Below are positions 13,901 through 23,775 of a stretch of DNA of 64,000 bases, piece after piece; the first letter of the stretch is position 1; every line of letters starts with the position of its first letter. The position numbers were made by a program, and so were the translations under genes. Location: positions 14,554,373 to 14,618,372 of the forward strand of contig JAUZTB010000072.1 in NCBI GenBank assembly GCA_034780895.1, given 5' to 3'. This stretch comes from Rhynchobatus australiae. Taxonomy: Eukaryota. The notes beneath the pieces were generated by a model. It searched no databases. It was not told the origin of the DNA and worked only from the letters and a program-made list of their open reading frames with translations.

Positions 13901-15559
13901 AGTAAATGAGCAAAGGAGAAATTGAGACTTAAAGACAGGTCCTTAAACAAGATATATCTCTTAATTTTTCTAAAAACCATCAAATATGAAGTTCTCAAGC
14001 TTAGCATTAGTCATGTGACTATGCCGGCACTCTTGCCTCACACTCATAAGTGTGGTGATACATCCCATTTCAGATATATCATCCAGGCCGATATTCAACT
14101 ATAGTTCTGTGGGTACCATACTATTGTAAGCACAGTATTGTAGACAAAATTAAATCATGGCTCTGTCTGCTCAAGTGGATGCAAGAATCCATGATACATC
14201 TTTTTTTTGGAAGATAAGCAGGGAATTTTGGAAAGAATTTTTGCCAATGTATATATCCCTCATTGCTTTGTGCATTGTGGTTGCTGGGATCCCTGAATAA
14301 CAACTGAATGTTCTTCAAGACTAATCTATTGAGATTATAAAATGCATNNNNNNNNNNNNNNNNNNNNNNNNNNNNNNNNNNNNNNNNNNNNNNNNNNNNN
14401 NNNNNNNNNNNNNNNNNNNNNNNNNNNNNNNNNNNNNNNNNNNNNNNNNNNNNNNNNNNNNNNNNNNNNNNNNNNNNNNNNNNNNNNNNNNNNNNNNNNN
14501 NNNNNNNNNNNNNNNNNNNNNNNNNNNNNNNNNNNNNNNNNNNNNNNNNNNNNNNNNNNNNNNNNNNNNNNNNNNNNNNNNNNNNNNNNNNNNNNNNNNN
14601 NNNNNNNNNNNNCCCCCATTTAGGCTCATAATTAATAAGATGTTTAAAATCACTAAGATTAGGCTACCCCACAGACTTAAATGCAATGAGAGTCAGCTCC
14701 TAGTGAAGTTGCTCCCATTACCAAAAGAAACATCTAAATGCCAATACTTTAACCAAGTAGCATATTCTATTAAATCATTCCACTAAAACAGATTTAGAAA
14801 AACTGGATTCATACACTTGTGACTTTCATATATAAAAAAATTACATGGTCATTATACTTTAGTGAAACTCTTAATTAACTTTTAAGAGCATCACAAATAT
14901 GATAACAATATTATTCAACCTATACCCAAAGCTACTCTAAAAGATTTGTACTCGTGTTAAGGAATCTGTTACCAGTCTTAAATTCAAGCATAAAGATAAT
15001 TTTCACAATGACAATTACATTGACCAAGTTAAGTTAGGCCTGGCTCCTCTTTTCCCACCTACTTCCTGTTAAAAGATTTATCAGCAAATAAAGTCATCAG
15101 TGTTTTTTTAGATCCACAAAAATAAATTTCTGACCTGGAAATACAAATACAAAAAGACATTTTAAAAGTAAAATAGCTACAATTCTGAATAAAAGTGTGT
15201 TTAATCTACTCCAATACACACCAATGAATCATTTGAAAAAAACCTACAAAAATGATGTTTCAATAAATCTGAACATAATCCAAATTTGTCACTCAGATTA
15301 ACTTCCTCATTTGTACAATTAAGCATGCATCAAAGTCAAAATTACAAGATATAAAAATGTTTTCAATACATGCATGTAGACAAATTAAAATATTTTATGA
15401 ATACATCTCTCTAATCAATTGTTCTATGACTAACATAATAGTTTTATTTTAAAAAGTGCCGATATTATCCATTGAACAGTTCCAAATACAGCTTGCAATT
15501 TTAAAGTACCCTTTTTCATGTCCTTTCATTGGAGTGTAGAAACATAAGGAGATGTTAGG

Positions 15560-16620
15560 GTAAATGGGAAGAAGATTTTAAGGGGAATTTTAAAGGAGGA
15601 ATGCAATAGCTGGGCAAAGAGGTTTAGGCAAATTCCAAAGCTTAATATTTTGCAAACTGAAAGCAAGCCTGTGTAAGGATTAGAATTGGGAACAGCAGAA
15701 TTAGAGAACAGGTATCTCCTTGGATTCCATGGCACAAGGAGATTAGAGATGGGAAGGACAGAAGCAATTAAACGCTTTGAAAATAAGCACAGAAATCTTA
15801 AAATTGAGGCATTGTTTAGCTAGCAGCTAGTGTAGGCCATCAATCACAAGAATGATGGGTGAAAAGGAATTGGAGGGAGTTAGGGCACAAACTGGAGAGT
15901 TTAACACCGTTTCATTTGCAGAGGGTAGAATAAGGAAGACTGTCAGATGAGCAATGGAATAGTCAAGTCTTTGGGAAATAGAGGCCCAAAGAAGCATTTC
16001 AGTTAATGCAGTGCAGATTCAGGTCTAGACAGACAATCTTAATGAAAGCAGAGATATGTCATCTCAAGCTCTTCATAAGATTAGATATGACACCAAGTTT
16101 GCAATCAGTCTAGTTCTGCTCCAGAGAGTTGCCAGGAAAAAAGATAGAGTTGATGAGTGGTTTGTGATAGACACCCATGACAACGTCTTCAATCTTCCCC
16201 ATTCAATATGAGGAAATTTCTGGTCATCCAGTACTGGATGTTGGATAAATAGTTCTGAAACACTGTAGGGTTAGAAGTTGTGGTCACAAAGTGTTGTCAT
16301 CATACAAATGGAAAATGACCCTGTGTTTATAGATGAGAGAACCAAGAACAGATCTTTGAGGGACACTAACCGTCCAATGACAGGGAAGCCATTGAAGGTG
16401 AATTTCTAGGCACAACTTGAAAGATAGGAATAAAACAAGACACAAAGGATTCCTTCTACCCCAAAACCTGTGGAGAAAGAATGGAAGATAAAAATATTGC
16501 CAACTAAGTCAAAGGATGTAAACAAGTACAGAAAGAACCGGGGGGATAGACTTCCTTTGTCACAGCCATATAAGATGTCATTAATAACTTTGACATCAGT
16601 ACAATTGCAGAGGCAGAAAG
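15560..16620 (-). mobile_element. Decayed L2-like LINE
   Basis: Purine-rich antisense L2-type sequence that appears to resume at about 17150-17380 after a CR1 insertion. Confidence 0.5.
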
Positions 16621-16639
16621 CTATCTGGAGTGATTCCTT

Positions 16640-17125
16640 TGATACAACTGTGCAGGGTGTTGGTGAGGCCACACCTAGAGTACTGTGCTCAGTATTAGTC
16701 CCCTTACCCTAGAAAGGATATAGCAGCGTTGGACGTAGTTCAAAGAAGATTCACCAGGCTAATTCCTGGGATTGTCCTGGGCTAAACAGTTTCAATCTGT
16801 ATACTTTAGAGTTTAGAAGAATGACAGATGAACTTAATGACACACATACAATCTTCAACAGGCATAACAAAGTAGATGTCAAGGTGTTTTCAATAATGGG
16901 AGTCTCAAATGAAGGGACAAAGTTACAAGATAATGAGCCAGTCATTTAAAACTATGACACATGATAATTTCTTCTCACAGAGCAGTGAATCTCTGGATTT
17001 CCCTGCCTCAGAGTACTGTGGAGGCTAGCTCATTAGACATATTAAAAGTGGAGCAGATACATTTTTGAAAGATCAAGGGATTGCGGGCTATGGGGATCTG
17101 AAGAAGAGGACTGCAGTTGAGGAGG
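16640..17125 (+). mobile_element. CR1-type LINE 3' fragment
   Basis: LVRPHLEYCAQY...RKDIAALDVVQRRFTRLIPG motif. Confidence 0.82.
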
Positions 17126-18189
17126 GAAATTGTAACTATTAGTAAAAACAGGAACTGAACAGGAAAGCTGGATAGTCAGCAATTTAGTAAGAATAAGATC
17201 AAGGGAGTAGGCAGGGGATCTCAAGAATGAAATGAATTTTGAAAGTGACCTATAAGGAGTTAGGAGAGCCACTCAAAAGTCTGAGGACAAGGGAAAACCT
17301 AAGATGATATTTGGCCCATGAACTTGAGAAAGAATCAAAGAACCAGTAGCAACTGATTGTGCTCCACACAATTGGTCTTGCACAAAGTCAGAGTTATACA
17401 GCACAGAAACAGGCCCTTTGGCCCAACTTGGCCATGCCAACATAAAAGGAAAGCAGAAAAGAGCTACTTAAGGTAGTTTTCAATTGGAAAGGCAGGCAGG
17501 AGTTATCTTTTGATCCTAGGACAATCATAGAATAGTTAGTAGTTCTGGTAGATGAGAATAGAACTTGACAATGCCATAACAATGCAAGAGGAAGGTGGCA
17601 ACTTTAGTTTCATATACAATGGAAAGCAATGGTATGACATGCAAATACCAAAAAAAAATTATTTCAAGAACAGCATGGGTTTCAATTTGACCAAGTGAAA
17701 GCTGCAAACTAATCTTAGTGTTTAATTATCATTTTATTAACCATTCAAATCCTCACCCCTCCACTTTGACAACAATGTGATTCACAAACAATTTCCCAGC
17801 AAATATCCAAAATAGCACTCATCCTTTGCGGAGTTACACTTCTAGGTGACACAATGGGAAGATCTGAGATCACAATAAGCTGACATCAGAAATAAATCCA
17901 ACTGCCTCTGGTGAGTGTCTAGAGAACATTCAAGTCACAATTGAAACAATACACCTTCAACAAAATTTGATGTTAGAGCAGACCAGCAAAACGAAAGTGG
18001 TGACAAAAAGGCAGACTGTGACAGCTCCCAAGGACTAAAGTAGTTACCCACAACTCTCAACCCTCACTCAGATGGCGTGAATGAGGAACAGTATTTGGCA
18101 GGAAGTTTGCCTCCACTTTTAGAGGGAGGCGCAATGCAAAGGGAGGGAGGACACTTTCCGACAACTCCCACCAAATTTAGGAGCCCTTA

Positions 18190-18630
18190 AGGGGGCCCCG
18201 CTCAGGAGCCGTCACCGAAGGAGAGGGGGTGGGGGTGAGGCAGATGCGACGACGGTGGTGGCGTGAAGGGGCGGAGAGGGCAGCCCGGGCCGGGCGGCTC
18301 TTCCCTTCCACCGTTTCCGCTCTTCCTCTCACCCTCACACAGCCCCGAGCACGGCTTCCACCGCTCGCTGCTCCCTGGGGCGGGACGGGCAGTCAAAGGG
18401 CTGCGCTTTCCTCTGGAGGCCGGGCACGGTGCGACCCCGCACCGGTACTCACCATGGCGACGGTCGGCGGTGAATCGGCGGCGGCGGCGACTGTCTGGCG
18501 GACGGTTCCTTCCTCGGGCCCGAGTGATCATCCGGGTCACGCAGGCAACCCCGCGCTGAACCAATCAGCGCCCGAGTCCCCAGCTTGCCCAAGTATGGGC
18601 CTTGTAATGCGGAAGTGGCGGTTCAGTGCA
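18190..18630 (-). promoter_or_regulatory. CpG island/promoter of the minus-strand gene (putative CAPZB)
   Basis: Dense CpG against an AT-rich background. CCAAT at 18561-18565 and ETS/GABP motif GCGGAAGTG at 18609-18617. Confidence 0.8.
18453..18455 (-). CDS. CAPZB: ATG-only first coding exon, probably F-actin capping protein beta
   Basis: Minus strand reads gtcgccATG|gtgagta (good Kozak context plus consensus donor) in a CpG island, after a GCC-repeat 5'UTR. Identity is inferred from head-to-head synteny with MICOS10 and my recollection that CAPZB exon 1 encodes only Met. No downstream exon found in the window. Confidence 0.7.
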
Positions 18631-19039
18631 TCCACACTCCCTGTTGCAGTGTAAACATGCTCCCTGCTTCTGTATTATACCAGACGGGCACACCTAGTAT
18701 CTAAAGCAGTTCCTTTTAATACTGTAAACGATGCATGAATTCTCACTTTAATTTCAATTATTCATTATCTGTTGCACTCTGGCAACTCCTCTTGCAATGT
18801 AGGGTACTCCCAATCATACTAAACATGCTAAGAGACTGTGAATGTTCTCTCTTACATTGTAAACATGCTTCCTGTTACATTATAAACATGCTACATATTA
18901 GATGAAAAATAATCCTTAGTGCATTGTACACACACTATAGCACTGTATGCACCCCCTTTAGAGTATACACACATTCCTGACAAAGGAAAAACTAAATATT
19001 GCACTGAATTAACTATGATACATTGCATTTATTCCCTCA

Positions 19040-19742
19040 TATTTCTTCTCCTTAGACAGCCCCTTGGGATTGAGGGAATTGTTGACATTTCAGGTCAAAA
19101 CCCTGCATCAAGACATTCCTTTCCTCCCACAGATGCTGCTTGACCCACTGAGTTCTTCCAGCAGATTGTTTGTTGCTCCATATTCCAGCAACTGCAGTCT
19201 CTTGTGTCTCAATACAGGAGATGTTGGCCTGGGAGAGGAGACTGACATTGATGTGCTAACCTTTCTGGCAAATTTGGAGAATATCGTGGGCACACTATTG
19301 GTGATATTCTTCCAGTGCCTTGAGATGCCTACTGTAGGTAGTCTCAGACACACATAGGAGGGTAGAGACCAATGCTACTCAGTAGACCATGAGTTTTGTG
19401 CTAGATATGAGGTCTTGATCTTCAAATTGCTCTTCTTCATCAACCAAAAGCTGTGTGTTGACATGTTGAAGGTGGTGATGAATTTCATCATTAATATCTG
19501 CCTTAACCAAGAGGTGGCTCCTGAGATATGCAGAGTAGCCCACAATTTCCAGGGCCTTGCCATGAACCTTTATTGTTTGCAAGAGCTGGTAGTCTTGAAG
19601 ATACTGAGTGTAAGGCCTAGCCTCTTGAAAATGGCTGATCCTTTATCCTTTGCCCCCCCCCAGGCTCAGCTTAAGACCTTTCATGGCACAGGCTGTAATT
19701 TGTGCATATGCAAGTCCCAATTTGTGGCATACCATTCACTTA
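19040..19742 (-). mobile_element. RTE/BovB-like LINE fragment
   Basis: ORF HGKALEIVGYSAYLRSHLLVKADINDEIHHHLQ...FEDQDLISSTKLMVY matches the RTE RT C-terminal region. RTE-type tail at 19040-19080. Confidence 0.8.
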
Positions 19743-19834
19743 NNNNNNNNNNNNNNNNNNNNNNNNNNNNNNNNNNNNNNNNNNNNNNNNNNNNNNNNNN
19801 NNNNNNNNNNNNNNNNNNNNNNNNTGATCTTACC

Positions 19835-20360
19835 TCCAAGTCCTCAATGTAGATTGTAAGTGCTGGGAGTCCAATAATAATCCTTGTGACTCCCCACTAA
19901 TAATAACTCACCAACCTGATATTGAACTGCTAATTCAACTCTCTGGCCTTAATATATTATTACCAACCACATTAGCTGTTATTTTATGTAACAACTATTT
20001 CTGGGATATCCCATCAAAAGTCTTTCAAAAATCTGGGTATACTAAATTCATTGGTTCCCTCAAATCTACTCAGCTGTATTAAATTTATAAAACACAATTT
20101 CCCTTTCATAAGGCCATGCAAACTCTGCCTAATCAGTATAATTTTCTACACAACAGCTTTCTACAACTTTAATAATGTTTAATGTAAGACTAACTACAGT
20201 CACTACTTCCTCCCTCGTTCCTTTCTTTAACAATATTTCTGTGTTCTCAACCTTCCACCCTACTGGAACTTTTCCAGTATCCATGTGATTTCAGAAGGTC
20301 ATGAGTAATACATCCATTATCTTAGTAGCCGCTTATTTTACAACCCTAGAATGTGGGCTA
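19835..20360 (-). mobile_element. Decayed CR1-type RT fragment
   Basis: Antisense contains remnants of QHGFMKGK..., YPDF.KTFD and SGESQGLL (GVPQG) motifs. Confidence 0.6.
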
Positions 20361-21129
20361 TAGGGTAAAAGCCTGTAACTTCAATAGCTATTGATTGGCT
20401 CAACTACTCTTTCACCCCTGCCTTTGATGTCATTGCCCCCAGCAAAACATTTACTCTTTCTCATCCCATTTGCTTCTTCTGCTGTGGCCCCATCTTTGAT
20501 CCCTCAAATCCAAGGGACAAAGGTAACATTTCTGGTACACAAATAGCTTAGTCACCCAGGCTTACTTAGACCTCATCAAGCAATATCAATCTTTCTCTCC
20601 TCTGCCTATAAATCCAAAACAACCTCCAGTTCTTTTCTTCACTACTCACCATCTCCTCAAACTCTTCTCCCCAAACTCATGACCCCTCACCTCCAACAAG
20701 AGACAAAGAGCTTATGCATTTTTGTTACTAATTTTAATGCACTTTTACTGCTGTACCTACTAAATTGAATCAACCTGGTCCCCCTGTCTAACCTTGAATT
20801 TGTATCCCACTAGCATCCCTCTCACCATCTCAATTTTTCTAGTTTGCTCACTTGCTCTTGCCTAGCAAGTCCTGAAGCTACAGCTCTTCATTCATGAAGA
20901 TTGAACCCATTCATTTCATCCAAGTATAAGATCCAGCTATAAATGCCTCTTCATGGGATAATTGGAATATTCTTATTCCAGATCTTCATTTTCTCACTTA
21001 ACCCCTTTTTGGTGCATTAATTATTGAACTGGTACCTCTTCCTGCTCTTAACCTGAACTGGAAAATTCCATCAACTTTGTTGCCAATTTCCATCTTTCCC
21101 TCACCTTGACACAGCTCATCTACTGTAAG

Positions 21130-21830
21130 TCCCCTGCCTCCCACAATGACATTCACTATACTTCCTCAGATCCTTCTTCCATTCCTTTCTGTCACGTGTT
21201 CTGAAAATCCCACCTTCAGTACAGGTGGTTCAGATATGTCTTCCCTTGTCTTCAGCTAATATTTCCTCTCTACTTCTGGACCTTCTCCTGAAATATTTTT
21301 TTCATCCTTTCCCCTCCTTTCTGGAGCTAAAGTTGGGTTCCTCTTGTCCTCATCTAGCACCCCATCAGCCTCCATAGTCAATGGATCATCCTCTGCTATT
21401 TCTAGCATCACGTAGCCATAGCATCTTCCTCTCCTTACCCTTTAGAGCATTCCAAAGGGACTGTTCCCTTTGAGATGCCCCAGTTCATTGTTCATTCACA
21501 CTGAACCCCCTCACCTCCCCCACGGCACAAGCCCTATGCAGTGTCAGCAGATACATCCTCTATTCCCACAGTCCAGGACCCCAAACATTTTTTCCCCCAG
21601 ATGAAGCAGTAAATTATATATATTTTTAATTTGACACACCATATTTGCTGCTCACAATAAAATATCCTCTACAATAGGTGAATGCTTTGCAAAGACCTCT
21701 GCACAGCACAGTAGCATGACCCAGAGCATTCAGGAGCCTGTTACTTTAATTCTATCTCCCATTTACTCTGACATCTAAATTCACTCCCCTACATAGTTGT
21801 AATGAAGCTCAACATTTCTTGATTTCTATT
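21130..21830 (+). mobile_element. Penelope-like element (GIY-YIG region), decayed
   Basis: Colinear with 35300-35930 (cctcttgtcctc..., tttaattcta...). Confidence 0.6.
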
Positions 21831-22574
21831 ACTATCTTCACCTTTAGCCTTGCACCATTTCCCTTTTGTCACTTAACCACTCCTGCCTTCAGTATTATAC
21901 AGAACTTCTTGTTTTCTCCTCCTGTTCTCCCTTTTCTGAATATTATTTTTTATTTCTAACTTTTCACAGTTCTGGGAGGTTTTTTCTGGGCTATTTCTTT
22001 CTTCGCAGATGCTGCCTGACCTGTTGAATATTTCCAGCAATTTCTTATTTACTTTTACTTCATCCCTATTCACTCTTTCCTCTTCAATATTAGTGAATAC
22101 ACTACTCAAAAATCACCTACTTCCAACCTGTATATTCTCCATCAAGCCTTTTGACTTCCATGTTCAACAATACAATTCTCTCCTAGAACCCTCTCACTGG
22201 TGTACACCTCAGATCAGTATCTGCCTCATTGTTTCCCATTAGTCCATTCTCACAAAATTTATATTGATTACTGATTTCTAAGTGCTTCAAATTTAAAATT
22301 CTGATCCACAAGTTTAAATTATTTATGACTTCACCCCACAATTTCTCTGTAAACTTCTCCTCTCTTCAACTCCCTTCCCAAGCTCTGTTCATTTTGCTCT
22401 ATCCATTTCATATGTCTCTCTTTCACAGCTTCACCCTCTGGTGCTCTTCTCCAAAATCCCTGTGTCTCTGCTATCCTGTCACCCTTTTAAATCCTCCTTA
22501 AAACTGTTTCTTTGGTGGCTACCCCAGCTGGATACCCCTTCTTAGTATCCATCTTTTGATATCACTTCTAAATT

Positions 22575-23395
22575 GGTAAGTAGTTTATTATTATCACACA
22601 TCCTGAGGTACAGTGAAAAATGTTGTTTCACCTGCCATTCATACAGATCATTTCATCACTTCAGTACATCACGGTAGTACAACAGAAAAGCAATAACAGA
22701 ATAAATTGTTACAGAGAAAGTACAGTGCAGGCAGACTATAAGGTGCAATGCCATGACGAGGTAGATTGAGAGGTCAAGTCAAAGTCAAATTTATTGTCAT
22801 ATGCACAAGTACATGTACGCTCAGGTGGAATGAAAAACTTACCTGCAGCAGCATCACAGGTACTCAGCAGCATGATAAGCAGCATTCACAAGAAAAACAA
22901 ACTTAAATTACACACAATTTTCACAAGAAAGAACACAGTTAGAACAAAGAAGGTCCTTTTTACTGCAAAGTGTTCAAAGTGTTGCTAAACTGTAGTGATT
23001 AGGGTTTTGCTGGTTGGCTCAAGAACCAAATGGTTGAAGGGAAGTAGCTGTTTTTGAACCAGGACTTCAGGCTCCTGTACCTCCTGCCCGATGGTAGCTG
23101 CAAAAAGATGGCATGGCCCAGATGATGGGGATCTTTGATGATAGATATCATCTTCTTGAGGCAGCACCTCCTGCAGTTATTACCGTTGGTGGGCAGGGAT
23201 GTACCTGTGATGCATTGGACAGAGTCCGGTTTCTTACGTTACTGTACATTCCAATTGCTGTACCAGATGGTGAATCAACCAGTCAGGATACTTTCAACAG
23301 TAGAAGTTTGTCAGAGAGTTAAGAGTGATAAGAATCCATCTTATCGTACAAGGAAACTGTTCGATAGTCTTATAAAAGCTGGATAGAAGCGTAGC
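22575..23395 (-). mobile_element. Two nested Rex1/Babar LINE 3' ends
   Basis: Outer tail at 22575-22778 resumes at about 23330. Inner copy at about 22779-23320 is the antisense homolog of 10560-10900. Confidence 0.72.
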
Positions 23396-23544
23396 ATTTT
23401 AGGGTACTTTTCCACAAAAGATGTCCTATGTAAATGCATGTTGTTCTTGTCCCATGAATACTCTGAAATGCAAGCTCCCTGTTACGTGGACGTTAAAGTG
23501 CCTATATCCCTGTTACATTAACAATGCGTTTTCCACACTCGCAC

Positions 23545-23775
23545 AAGAACACAAGAAAATAGGAGCAAGAGTAGGCCATCAGGCCCTTCAAGCCTGCTCT
23601 GCCATTCAGTATAATTGTGCTGATCTATGCTGGCCTCAACTCCACTTCTATGCCATTTCTCCATGCCCCTCTATTCCTCAGTCTATCAAATATTTACCCA
23701 CCTCCATTTTAAATACTTCCAGTGATCAAGCTTTCACCACCTGCCAGGGCAGAGGATTCCAGAGATCCACCACAC
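23545..23775 (-). mobile_element. CR1-type LINE 3' tail
   Basis: agaacacaagaaaataggagcaagagtaggccatcaggcccttcaagcctgc. Confidence 0.75.

Noticed and set aside
1-18200. Downstream CAPZB coding exons
   Set aside because: I found no minus-strand match to SDQQLDCALDLMRR by eye; presumably beyond the window or in a gap.
18202-18654. 98-141 aa ORFs on both strands
   Set aside because: By-products of a GC-rich CpG island with no recognisable protein similarity.
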